A DNA stretch of 64,000 nt from the NCBI GenBank assembly GCA_041906785.1, contig JAYRIM010000021.1, forward strand, positions 17,881-81,880, given 5' to 3'. This document shows, in pieces, positions 9,589 to 19,225 of this stretch; within the stretch, counting starts at the first letter, position 1; every line of letters begins with the position of its first letter. A program made the position numbers and the translations under genes. This DNA comes from Candidatus Levyibacteriota bacterium. GTDB taxonomy: Bacteria; Patescibacteriota; Microgenomatia; Levybacterales; UBA12049. The notes below the pieces were generated by a model, which was not told the origin of the DNA, ran no database searches, and saw only the letters and a program-made list of their open reading frames with translations.

Positions 9589-11172
9589 TTAATTTACATC
9601 AAAAGAAGCTTTTTTAATAATTATCTCGCTATTATTTTTATCAAAATCCCAGGTTTTCATAATGACTCCTCCGTGTGATAGAGAAGAGTTAACCTTATCT
9701 GTAGATATAGCTACTTTACCATTTATAGAACAATTCGCTGTCTGACCCTTAACTGACATACTTAACTGCAATTGTGCTGAGGGAATGATAAACTGTTTCC
9801 CTTGTTTTTTTATAGCTAACTGCTTCGTTTTCCCATTTACTTTTTGTTCAATTGTTACATAATCATTAATAAAATTACATTCTAAATAATTGTCTATATC
9901 TTGAAAACGAGAGGTAATTGTAAATGTTGACCCTTTTTTTATTTCGACATTTGTACTTATTTTATAATCTCCCCAAGCATATGTTCCGTCCAGGTATGTA
10001 GAACTACCATTTTCATTCTTTATGGGTTCCATAATAAGTTCGTTATTTTCTTTCTTTATGTTACCCCAAATAGAAACCCAGCCATTATTTTTCTTGAAGT
10101 CATCAGTATACGGAAGCGATTTTTGCCGACCTCTTTCCAACGTCTGTATGAGATCTTCTCCTGTCCAATCGTGCTTTACATCAATACGCTTTACGAGAAA
10201 TGCATGTTTATCAGGATAGTTATATGAATATGGAGTTTTTGCAGTCATCCAATACTGGTGAAAACCAAGGGAATACACCTTTTTACTTGCATCAAGAATA
10301 TATGTATCTGTATTATTATTAATCCCATAATCTCCAAAAGGATACGCAAAACCAATACTTTTAACATGAAAAGTTTTTTCAAGTTCAGTTTTCGCATCAT
10401 TCATATCTTTAAAAATGCGCTGTTTATATTCTTCTTCAGTTTCTAACCGATTTTTATCTGCAAGCCATAATCTACTACTATAGTAATGTCCCTCTCCATT
10501 TGGGTCAGGTGTCTGGTAGACATCATGTCCGTCTTTCGTATGAGCCTGAACATCCCATCTTCCCGTCTGTATCACTCTTCTTATTTCGTTAGCTGATAGG
10601 TAATAGGTAGAACCTTTTCCAGCCGAATATTTAAGAATAATAAACGTGACTCCTCGAAAATCTAAAGCATTAAAAATAGGATCAACAGGGTAGTAGCTTG
10701 CTTTCGAACCATCATCAAACGTAATAAGAATTGATTTGTCAGGAAGTGATCTTTTTTCTTGCATGAAATCATAAAAATCCTGCATGCTGACTGGTGTATA
10801 TCCATTTGCTTTTAAGGCAAACATTTGTTCTTTAAATGTACTCATAGGAATATTCTCTCCTGTATTTCGGTCTTGAATAGTATGATAAACAAGAACAGGA
10901 ATGGCTGTTGCTTTTGAAGTATTTTCCTTCTTCTTTTCTTCACCATATAAAGACCCGATAATATCAGTGAAGGATTTATGAGCGTATATTCCATATTCAA
11001 TTTTTATTTTCATCACATCTATCGAAGATGACACAGCGTGAAGCAAAGAAGAATTAATTGGAAGGTGTGTACTGCCATATAATAAACTACCTAATAGGAA
11101 TACTAATAATAAACTGAAAATAATCTGTAAAAAAGATGTATGTCTTCGTAACTTTTTTTCTTGTTTTTTCAT
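9589..11172 (-). CDS. polysaccharide deacetylase (PgaB/IcaB-like) with C-terminal lectin-like domain
   Basis: IPVLVYH, ITFDDG, QAHT...H, FAYPFG NodB motifs. Confidence 0.85.
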   Translation of the reverse strand: MKKQEKKLRRHTSFLQIIFSLLLVFLLGSLLYGSTHLPINSSLLHAVSSSIDVMKIKIEYGIYAHKSFTDIIGSLYGEEKKKENTSKATAIPVLVYHTIQDRNTGENIPMSTFKEQMFALKANGYTPVSMQDFYDFMQEKRSLPDKSILITFDDGSKASYYPVDPIFNALDFRGVTFIILKYSAGKGSTYYLSANEIRRVIQTGRWDVQAHTKDGHDVYQTPDPNGEGHYYSSRLWLADKNRLETEEEYKQRIFKDMNDAKTELEKTFHVKSIGFAYPFGDYGINNNTDTYILDASKKVYSLGFHQYWMTAKTPYSYNYPDKHAFLVKRIDVKHDWTGEDLIQTLERGRQKSLPYTDDFKKNNGWVSIWGNIKKENNELIMEPIKNENGSSTYLDGTYAWGDYKISTNVEIKKGSTFTITSRFQDIDNYLECNFINDYVTIEQKVNGKTKQLAIKKQGKQFIIPSAQLQLSMSVKGQTANCSINGKVAISTDKVNSSLSHGGVIMKTWDFDKNNSEIIIKKASFDVN

Positions 11173-11173
11173 A

Positions 11174-12505
11174 TTATCTCGTACTCCATTTTCTATCTTG
11201 GATTCTTATAAGGGAGTAGTAAAGAATGAATGATAAGAAAAACATATTGATGGATGACCAGACAAAAATATACTTCCAATACTTGCTTTTACGGTCTACT
11301 GATAAGTAATAGAGAGTCACGATACATGCGATAAGAAAAATACCAAGAACATATGTAACTGGAAAAATGTGATTAATAAAAGGATTATAAATAAGAGCAA
11401 GCGTAGCCATAATCGGTGTCATAAGTGTTAATAAGAATAATGGTAGAAAATATGTTACTGCTACGAATGGCTGGTTTTTATAAATAAATTTCATTGCAAA
11501 AATAGAATTTATAAACCAACTTTTCTTCCAGCGAATTTGTTGTTTAAGAAACTGTTTAAATGTCTCAGGGACGATAGTATACGCTTGGACTTCATCTGCA
11601 TATACGGTAAGATAGTTACTTCGAAGAACCCAATTCGTTAAGGATCTATCATCTCCCCACATGACCGGTTTTCCGAGGAATGTTTCGTTTTGCCATTTAT
11701 TAATAATCGGTAAAATCACACTTTTTCTATATGCGGATGCGCAACCACTGCAGCAAAACACAGTTAAGAAGGTCGATTCAGCAGCTTTCAAAATACGAAA
11801 TGACATGAAATAGTAAGCTGCTTGCATTTTTGTTAACCAGTTTTTATCTGCGTTTACTGGGGAAGCATGAGCACAGACTGCGCCTATTTCACTATGTAAA
11901 AACGGCTGGATAATTTTTCTAATAGCATTTGGTTGTAAATAGCTGTCACTATCTAGCTGGATTACAATTTCCCCTTTCGTTAATCGAAAACCTTCAGCCA
12001 TGGCGTGTCGTTTCCCTCGGTTTTCTTCCCAATGAACTACTGTTAAACGGGAAAATTCTTTTTTCAGATTATCTAAAATTTCTTTAGTCTTATCTGTACT
12101 TCCATCGTTAATGACAATTACTTCGAATTTATCAGCTGGATATTCTGCTTGAAAACATTTTCGAATATTCTTTTCTATCGATTTCTCCTCATTTTTACAT
12201 GGAATAACAAATGAAACAGAGGGTGTAAAGTGTTCAATGTCTTCAGTTTCAAGATGGGATGTGATTTTTCTATAAGATTTTTTATACAGCATTGCACCTA
12301 GGATACGTGATAACTGGAAAACAGTGACGAAGACAGTGTAAGAGAAGATATAAGGATGTTGCCAAATCTCTACAACATCATCTGATTTCATATAAATAAT
12401 AGAGAGTAATACGATAAATCCAAGAAATGCTAAAAACATCTGGAAAAGTATTTCCTTCGCGGATGGAAAAGAGAAAAATTGTTTTGCTGAAATTAATGTT
12501 TTCAT
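11174..12505 (-). CDS. processive GT2 glycosyltransferase, hyaluronan synthase/NodC-like
   Basis: DGSTD, LDSD, CSG, GDDRSLTN and QQIRWKKSW motifs; TM helices at both ends. Confidence 0.85.
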   Translation of the reverse strand: MKTLISAKQFFSFPSAKEILFQMFLAFLGFIVLLSIIYMKSDDVVEIWQHPYIFSYTVFVTVFQLSRILGAMLYKKSYRKITSHLETEDIEHFTPSVSFVIPCKNEEKSIEKNIRKCFQAEYPADKFEVIVINDGSTDKTKEILDNLKKEFSRLTVVHWEENRGKRHAMAEGFRLTKGEIVIQLDSDSYLQPNAIRKIIQPFLHSEIGAVCAHASPVNADKNWLTKMQAAYYFMSFRILKAAESTFLTVFCCSGCASAYRKSVILPIINKWQNETFLGKPVMWGDDRSLTNWVLRSNYLTVYADEVQAYTIVPETFKQFLKQQIRWKKSWFINSIFAMKFIYKNQPFVAVTYFLPLFLLTLMTPIMATLALIYNPFINHIFPVTYVLGIFLIACIVTLYYLSVDRKSKYWKYIFVWSSINMFFLSFILYYSLIRIQDRKWSTR

Positions 12506-12506
12506 A

Positions 12507-13802
12507 TTATCTGCCTATACCTTTATAAGTAATTCCTGCTTTTTGAAAATCTTCTTTCGGAAGACAGTTTCGTCCGTCAACGATAACTTTTATACCAAGT
12601 CTCTTAAGTTTTGCAGGAGTTAAGTTAACAAACTCGGTATGTGCAGTAGCTATAAGGATAGCTTTCGTATTCTTTAATGCTGCGGATAGTGTTTCTTCGG
12701 TAGATTTATTTATAAGATATGGATCAAAAATAGCCACATCTGCACCACGTTCTTTTAATAATTTAATAATTTCATATGATGGACTTTCTCGATCATCATC
12801 GATATTTGCTTTATATGACAATCCTAAAACTGCAATTCTTGTTCCATTTATGGCTAGTTTATGTTCATTAAGTCCTTGTTCGAGTTGCTCAATAGTAAAA
12901 TGAGGCATTTTATTATTAATTCTTCTCGCTAAAGAAAGAAATTCATGGTAAAAACCATTTTTCTTCGCATATTCAATCAGGTAATATGGATCGACAGGAA
13001 TACAGTGGCCTCCAACACCGGCTCCTGGAAAGTGCGGCATAAAAGAGAAAGGTTTCGTTGCAGCGCCTTCGATAACATGTACGACGTCAATGCCTAAATG
13101 AGAAAAGGACATGGCAAGTTCGTTCACAAATGCAATATTTATATCTCGAAATGCATTTTCTACCACTTTTACCGCTTCTGCTTCCTTTAAGGAATGCATT
13201 TGTTTTACTTCGCCTTTAATGATCGATTTGTAAAAAGCAGTGGCTTTTTTTAATGAAATTTGGTTAAATGCTCCGACGACACGATTAATGTTTTCAACAT
13301 TCCATTTTGTATCTCCCGGGTTAATACGTTCAGGGCAATGTGCGAGATAAAAGTCCTTTCCAGCGATTAGGCCAGATTTTTCTTCTAAGATTGGCAGTAC
13401 AACATCATCAGATACACCAGGATTTACAGTGGATTCGAGGATAACTAATTGTCCTTTTTGTAGATATTTTGCAATATTCTCGGTTGCGGAAATTACAGGT
13501 TCTAAATCAGGAGTATAATCAAGATGAACTGGTGTGGGAACACAAATAATAATCGTTGATGCATTTTTTAGATCAGAATAGTCAGTAGAAGCAATAAGAG
13601 AAGATTTTCTGAGTAATTTCGCTAGTGTTTCATCATAGAATGGGACAACTTTATTATTAATCTGGGCTGCTTTTTTCGGATTTCGTACGACCCCCACAAC
13701 CTCGTACCCTTTTCTATTAGCAAGAAGGGCAAGTGGTAATCCAACATATCCTAAACCTATAATAGCCATTTTCTTTGTATTAAGCGTTTGCGTTGATGCC
13801 AT
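12507..13802 (-). CDS. nucleotide-sugar (UDP-N-acetylhexosamine-type) dehydrogenase
   Basis: GLGYVG, CVPTP, LESTV, CPERINPG, GVGGHCIPVDP. Confidence 0.9.
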   Translation of the reverse strand: MASTQTLNTKKMAIIGLGYVGLPLALLANRKGYEVVGVVRNPKKAAQINNKVVPFYDETLAKLLRKSSLIASTDYSDLKNASTIIICVPTPVHLDYTPDLEPVISATENIAKYLQKGQLVILESTVNPGVSDDVVLPILEEKSGLIAGKDFYLAHCPERINPGDTKWNVENINRVVGAFNQISLKKATAFYKSIIKGEVKQMHSLKEAEAVKVVENAFRDINIAFVNELAMSFSHLGIDVVHVIEGAATKPFSFMPHFPGAGVGGHCIPVDPYYLIEYAKKNGFYHEFLSLARRINNKMPHFTIEQLEQGLNEHKLAINGTRIAVLGLSYKANIDDDRESPSYEIIKLLKERGADVAIFDPYLINKSTEETLSAALKNTKAILIATAHTEFVNLTPAKLKRLGIKVIVDGRNCLPKEDFQKAGITYKGIGR

Positions 13803-13913
13803 AAAAAAACCAGTTTTAATAAAACTGGACAGTTTTGGCATTATACTATAGTTTTTCCTATAAGTCTAGTAGTAATAGGAAACCAGCCTTGGTGGATTAA
13901 TTATTTGGACGAT

Positions 13914-14183
13914 TTAAGTTTGGTCGAGAGGTGAATTTTCGAGGTCTGGGTCATTTACTGTGCTTGGCTTTTCAGGTTTTACCACATCGGATGCTGGAAT
14001 AGGGATAACTATTTCAGCCTGATTTGTAGGTTCGAAAACAGGCTCTCGGATAAACTGTAAATCCATGTTTCGTAAATCTGACTGAAGTATTCCACGGGAA
14101 GACCACCCAAGAATAAAAAATAAAGGGAGAATAAGAAGAATCATCCAGAAAGAGAGAGATTGTCTATCGTCAATTTGATACAT
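13914..14183 (-). CDS. small single-TM hypothetical protein
   Basis: 89-aa ORF with one TM helix. Confidence 0.5.
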   Translation of the reverse strand: MYQIDDRQSLSFWMILLILPLFFILGWSSRGILQSDLRNMDLQFIREPVFEPTNQAEIVIPIPASDVVKPEKPSTVNDPDLENSPLDQT

Positions 14184-14296
14184 ATATTGATACCTGTAGT
14201 CTAACTTTAGAGACGAAAAGGTATAACAGATCTATTTATAATCTTCAGGCGTTAAGAATAAAAAAGAAGAGGGTAAGAAATAAGTTACAATTACTA

Positions 14297-14328
14297 GTTA
14301 TGAGTTATGAGTTATGAGTTATGAGTTA
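14297..14328. repeat. heptamer tandem repeat (GTTATGA)x4
   Basis: Perfect tandem; degenerate relatives at 14848, 24105, 25878 and 38800. Confidence 0.85.
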
Positions 14329-14329
14329 G

Positions 14330-14745
14330 GGGTGGGTAGAATCGTGCCGCAAGGGGAGGCATGGTATTTCAGCTCTAAGTGAGCTGGTCTTAGAGAGCTG
14401 GGCGCTCTCTTTAGACAACCATACCGCCCCTGCGGCTAAGAACCTTGTGAGTCACTACGTTGACCACCTTTCCCCGTAAGGGGAAAATACCTACAAGAGG
14501 TGGTAGTTCAGCGGAGCGCTGACAAGGGCTCCCTTACGGGAGCAAATTTTCAAATCTTGACCGTGGAACCGGTTATGTTTTCTCCCGAGGGAGAAGCCAA
14601 TTTCCGTTCCTAAAGAGGAACGAAAACATCCATCCCGAAAGATGGTGGCTGCCTCTTGCGAGGCAAAACCGGTTCGTCGTTCCCCAAACGATCAAGTATA
14701 GGGGGAGAATACCATGATCCTCCCGCCTGTACCCGATCGTTTATT
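14330..14745 (-). ncRNA. candidate ~410-nt highly structured non-coding RNA (locus 2)
   Basis: GC-rich, no ORF, dense hairpins (CTCGCAAGAG, CCCGTAAGGG), multibranch closed by GAACCGGTT/AACCGGTTC; upstream promoter and boxA-like site. Confidence 0.7.
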
Positions 14746-14747
14746 AA

Positions 14748-14828
14748 TTTCAATGTAAAAGTTCACTAAAAGAAATCGCTTTCTTTCAAGAAGAATCCTT
14801 TTATATCATGTTTTGCATTCTTTGTCAA
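14748..14828 (-). promoter_or_regulatory. sigma70 promoter, hairpin and boxA-like site (locus 2)
   Basis: Minus strand TTGACA (14828-14823), 17 bp, TG-n-TATAAA (14805-14800); hairpin AAAGAAA-gcga-TTTCTTT; TTTACATTGAAA at 14759-14748. Confidence 0.7.
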
Positions 14829-14883
14829 GACTATAGGGCCTATTTGGTTGTGGGTTATGAGTTGAGAGTTGTCTGTTATAAAC

Positions 14884-14958
14884 AAAGAGACAAAAGAGCC
14901 CAGAAGGAAGTAATTATCCTTTGGCTCCTCTGGCTCATTTGACTCATCTCTCTCTTTG
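14884..14958. repeat. 9-bp-periodic imperfect inverted repeat
   Basis: AAAGAGACA/AAAGAGCCC units then TGGCTCCTC/TGGCTCATT units. Confidence 0.6.
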
Positions 14959-15104
14959 ATTATTGCTTATGGTGGTGATTGCTATACCTCTAAAATTGAA
15001 CTATAATTATTGATTGACTTAAGCTAAAAATTCATACGAATGAGTTGAAATTGTCCTATTTATACATACAAATTATTACGAACATACATTGACAATTACT
15101 TACT

Positions 15105-15227
15105 ATGGAAACAATCCGCATAAAAGGTGCCCGAGAGCACCCCAGTATAACGTTTACCTTCTCCCGAGGTCTACGTCCTCGCGTCGAAGGAGCTCGTATA
15201 CGGGGCAAGCAACTTAAATATAATTAA
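15105..15227 (+). pseudogene. relic duplicate of the uvrA 5' end with an in-frame hairpin insertion (40-codon ORF)
   Basis: METIRIKGAREH-[23 aa]-QLKYN* versus Uvr[18 protein letters not shown]. Confidence 0.65.
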
Positions 15228-15228
15228 T

Positions 15229-18135
15229 ATGGAAAAAATTATAATTCGTGGAGCTAGAGAACATAATCTTAAAAACGTTAATTTGGAAATTCCGAAAAAT
15301 AAACTAGTGGTTTTTACTGGTTTATCAGGAAGTGGAAAATCATCTCTCGCCTTTGACACGATTTATGCCGAAGGACAACGCCGGTATGTAGAGAGTTTAT
15401 CTTCATATGCTCGTCAGTTTTTAGGAACGATGAAAAAACCCGATGTGGACCTTATCGAAGGGTTATCTCCGGCAATTTCTATTGACCAGAAATCTACTTC
15501 ACATAATCCACGTTCGACAGTCGGGACAGTTACTGAAATTTATGATTATCTTCGTTTATTATTCGCCCGAGTAGGGCATCCTCATTGTCCAAAATGTGGA
15601 AGAGAAATAGCCCGACAGTCTAAAGAGCAGATTACAAATGCTATTGCGGATCTAACACAGCAGTATCCGCAACTTGGTAAAAAACCGCTACGCACATTAA
15701 TCATGGCACCACTTGTGAAAGATAGAAAAGGTGAATATACAGAGATGTTTACTAGTCTGCGGAAACGGGGATATTCAAAAGTCCGTATTGATGGGAGAGT
15801 ATATGGACTTGATGAAAAAATTGTACTGATTAAGACAAATAAACATAGTATTGATCTTATTATTGATAGCATTGTTATCAATAAAGAAACAGATCGGACT
15901 CGTTTAGCAACTGACGTAGAACAGGCACTGCAATTCGGTAATGGAGAAATGATCGTCGGCGTTATCCATGATGCTTCATTCGACATTCCTGATAAGCCTG
16001 AACAGATCGAAGACCATTTATATTCTGAAAAATTTGCATGTCCAGTAGATAATATTTCTATTTCCGAAGTTGAGCCACGTATTTTTTCTTTTAATACACC
16101 CCATGGAGCATGTCCTGAATGTTCTGGTCTTGGCCGTGTTTTAGATGTAGATAAGGATTTAGTTTTTAATAAAGATTTATCTATTAATGAAGGAGGAATC
16201 TTGCCTTTCTTCAATATGATGATGAATGATACATGGATGTCACGGACGTTTAAGACATTTTGTAAAGAAAATGGACTTCCTATGGATAAACGACTTGGAG
16301 CATTATCAGAAGAACAAATCAATTTATTGTTGTACGGAACAGGAGACCGACAATATTATGTAAAAGGAGAAAATAGATGGGGAATGTCTACAGCGATTCG
16401 TGAATCATTTAAAGGAATTTCTTATGAATTAAAACGCCGCTATTCAGAATCAGATTCAGAATATGTTAAAGCGCAGATCGAAAAGTTCATGCGATATGAA
16501 GTTTGCCATGTTTGTGAAGGTGCACGGTTAAAACCAGAAGCTCTTTCAGTTACGATAGAAAAAGAGTCTATTGTCGCAGTTTCAGAGATGTCTATCCGGG
16601 ATGCCTTAGCATTTATCGAATCACTACCGAGTAAAATGTCTGATAGAGAAAATGAAATAGGCCGCTTAATTCTCCGTGAAATTCGACAACGTCTCTCTTT
16701 CTTGGTAGATGTAGGACTCGATTATTTAACACTTGCAAGAAGTGCAGCAACTTTAGCAGGCGGAGAAGCACAACGTATTCGCTTGGCATCACAAATAGGG
16801 AGTGGTTTAACCGGTGTGCTGTATGTTCTCGATGAACCATCTATTGGTTTACACCAGCGTGATAATACGAAATTAATAGAAACGCTTAAAAAACTCCGTG
16901 GGTTAGGAAATACTGTACTTGTGGTCGAGCATGATGAAGATACTATGAAAGCAGCGGATTATATTTATGATTTCGGTCCTGGAGCTGGGGTACATGGAGG
17001 AAATATAGTCGCCAAGGGAACATATGAAGAACTTGGGAAAAATCCCGCATCTATCACTGGCGAGTATCTTTCTGGAAAGAAAAAAATACAGATCAGGAAA
17101 ACAGAAAAAGGTGTCGGAGTGGACATGGATGGAAAGGAAAGCTCAATTACTATTCTCGGAGCAACTGAACATAATTTAAAAAATATTGACGTAACTTTTC
17201 CGCTTCACAAACTAGTAGTTGTGACAGGCGTTTCTGGATCGGGTAAGTCAACATTAGTGAATGACATTTTTTATCATGCACTGATGCAAGCGAAAAATCC
17301 ATATCATCGTCAGAAACCAGGAGCACATAAAGCTATTGCAGGCCATGAGGAAATTAAGAATATTTTTCTTATAGACCAATCGCCGATTGGGAGAACTCCC
17401 CGAAGTAATCCTATTACGTATACTGGAGCATTTAACTATATTAGAGATTTGTTTGCGAGTACCAAGGAAGCGAAATTGCGTGGATATGGTCCCGGACGAT
17501 TTTCATTTAACGTTAAAGGTGGTCGATGTGAAGCATGTGAAGGTGAAGGGCAAATAAAAATCGAAATGCAGTTTCTACCGGATGTCTATGTTACATGTGA
17601 AGTTTGTGGCGGAAAACAATATAATAATGAAGCATTAGAAATATTGTTTAATAGTAAGAATATCGCAGATGTTCTTCAGATGACTGTAGCAGAAGCAACA
17701 GCGTTTTTTTCATTCGTTCCTGGTCTAGCTCATAAACTTCAAACACTGAATGATGTAGGTTTATCATATATTCGTCTCGGTCAACCCGCACCGACATTAT
17801 CTGGAGGAGAAGCCCAACGCGTGAAACTAGCTTCAGAGCTTTCAAAGAAAGGCAAAGGAGCTATTTATCTTCTCGATGAACCAACTACAGGTTTGCATTT
17901 CGCTGATTTAGAAAAATTACTACTGGTTTTCAGAAAGTTAGTTGATTTAGGAAATACAATTATCGTGATAGAACATAACTTGGATGTGATCAAAAATGCT
18001 GACTATATTATTGATTTAGGTCCAGAAGGTGGAGATAAAGGTGGAGAAATTGTCGCTCTAGGTACACCTGAAGAAGTCGCTAAGATTGACAGATCATACA
18101 CAGGACAATTCCTCAAGAAAGTCCTCAAATCCTGA
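15229..18135 (+). CDS. uvrA: excinuclease ABC subunit A
   Basis: GAREHNLKN, two GxSGSGKS Walker A motifs, zinc fingers. Confidence 0.98.
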   Translation: MEKIIIRGAREHNLKNVNLEIPKNKLVVFTGLSGSGKSSLAFDTIYAEGQRRYVESLSSYARQFLGTMKKPDVDLIEGLSPAISIDQKSTSHNPRSTVGTVTEIYDYLRLLFARVGHPHCPKCGREIARQSKEQITNAIADLTQQYPQLGKKPLRTLIMAPLVKDRKGEYTEMFTSLRKRGYSKVRIDGRVYGLDEKIVLIKTNKHSIDLIIDSIVINKETDRTRLATDVEQALQFGNGEMIVGVIHDASFDIPDKPEQIEDHLYSEKFACPVDNISISEVEPRIFSFNTPHGACPECSGLGRVLDVDKDLVFNKDLSINEGGILPFFNMMMNDTWMSRTFKTFCKENGLPMDKRLGALSEEQINLLLYGTGDRQYYVKGENRWGMSTAIRESFKGISYELKRRYSESDSEYVKAQIEKFMRYEVCHVCEGARLKPEALSVTIEKESIVAVSEMSIRDALAFIESLPSKMSDRENEIGRLILREIRQRLSFLVDVGLDYLTLARSAATLAGGEAQRIRLASQIGSGLTGVLYVLDEPSIGLHQRDNTKLIETLKKLRGLGNTVLVVEHDEDTMKAADYIYDFGPGAGVHGGNIVAKGTYEELGKNPASITGEYLSGKKKIQIRKTEKGVGVDMDGKESSITILGATEHNLKNIDVTFPLHKLVVVTGVSGSGKSTLVNDIFYHALMQAKNPYHRQKPGAHKAIAGHEEIKNIFLIDQSPIGRTPRSNPITYTGAFNYIRDLFASTKEAKLRGYGPGRFSFNVKGGRCEACEGEGQIKIEMQFLPDVYVTCEVCGGKQYNNEALEILFNSKNIADVLQMTVAEATAFFSFVPGLAHKLQTLNDVGLSYIRLGQPAPTLSGGEAQRVKLASELSKKGKGAIYLLDEPTTGLHFADLEKLLLVFRKLVDLGNTIIVIEHNLDVIKNADYIIDLGPEGGDKGGEIVALGTPEEVAKIDRSYTGQFLKKVLKS

Positions 18136-18170
18136 TGTGTCTACGATGTACACACCCGATGTGGGTTTTA
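18135..18170 (+). repeat. dispersed copy of the transposase-flanking repeat
   Basis: ATGTGTCTACGATGTACACACCCGATGTGGGTTTTA, similar to 8653-8688. Confidence 0.7.
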
Positions 18171-18334
18171 ATGTGGGTTTTATTTTTTTTACTTATTTCT
18201 ATTATAGGGAGAGGTGGTTGGGTTACCCCAATCTCACAAATGCTCAATAAAGCGCAAAATTGCTTCAAAAAGTTTTTATGGATTATATCCACCTCCCCCC
18301 GATGTTAAATAGGGGGGAACGCAACGCAATAAGT

Positions 18335-18953
18335 TTATCTGATAGGAACTACTTCAACTGAGCCACTGTTACCTACTTTGACCTGCCAACGCTGAGTCAT
18401 CGTAGGTCCACAGACGAACTTAACGACCAAGCGTACGTTAAACACACCAGGATCTACATACACATGAGTCGCAGTTGGCATGGAACTTGTTATCGGAGAA
18501 GAAGCACCTCCATCTGTCCATATTACATAGCTGCCAGTTATTTCCCCAATCGTAGGTCTCCAGCACGTATCCACTCAATATCTCCGTGAAACACGACTGA
18601 AAAACCGTTCGGATTGATACATGTTTAAAGAAAATGAATGATGGGAAAAAGATAAATTTGTACAGTTAATTGAATATTTTACAGGTAAAATGAGCGTGAA
18701 GTATGAAGAAGAAATGATGGGAGAACGTATTTGAAAATCTATTGTTTCGCTAAACAAGCAACAAAAGATTTTGAAATATTTTCTCCGACATTACGCCACT
18801 ATTGAGTGCGTACTCCAGCACGACTTGTGACGGGATACCCGAATACTTCAACTGGGAACGAAGTTTCTCGTTTCCGGTACATGGCTGTTGATTGCAGGCT
18901 ACCAGAAATAACCCTACTATCAACAAGGTTGCTGAAATTACTAGTCTGTGCAC
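18335..18953 (-). pseudogene. lipoprotein with PKD-like C-terminal domain, apparently disrupted by an AT-rich segment (locus 4 cargo)
   Basis: SD AGAAAGGA, GTG at 18953, lipobox LVAC; separate frame 18574-18335 has WTDG...HVYVDPGVFNVRLVV (PKD-like); frames broken across about 18575-18790. Confidence 0.55.
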
Positions 18954-19021
18954 TGGGAAGTCCTTTCTAAGCTTTTGCGTTTGCGTTCCCCTCAATGCTT
19001 AATAATTCCATTAGATGAATA

Positions 19022-19115
19022 AGATTCTTCGCTCTACCCCTGTCTCTCCCGACTTACGTCGGGATCGCAGGCGCGAACTCCTTCGCTTTGCTCAGTCCGT
19101 TTGCTCAGAATGACA
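19022..19115. repeat. REP-like element inside the loop of the locus 4 leader hairpin
   Basis: GATTCTTCGCT...GCTCAGAATGACA with nested CCCGACTTACGTCGGG hairpin. Confidence 0.6.
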
Positions 19116-19150
19116 TTCGGAAATTTACAAAGCAATGAGGGAACACAAAT

Positions 19151-19204
19151 TGTGAAAGAGCGATATTTAATCAAGATAATACTGCCTTTCTATGCAGCTT
19201 GCAA
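19151..19204 (-). promoter_or_regulatory. sigma70 promoter and boxA (locus 4)
   Basis: Minus strand TTGCAA (19204-19199), 17 bp, TATTAT (19181-19176); CGCTCTTTCACA at 19162-19151. Confidence 0.7.
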
Positions 19205-19225
19205 GTTTTTCACTATAATGAATAT

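Noticed and set aside
14297-14328. Tandem repeats as a possible CRISPR array
   Set aside because: 7-bp units with no spacers, and no cas genes in the window.
15582-17845. Antisense ORFs inside uvrA and other long genes
   Set aside because: Shadow frames with no recognisable motifs.
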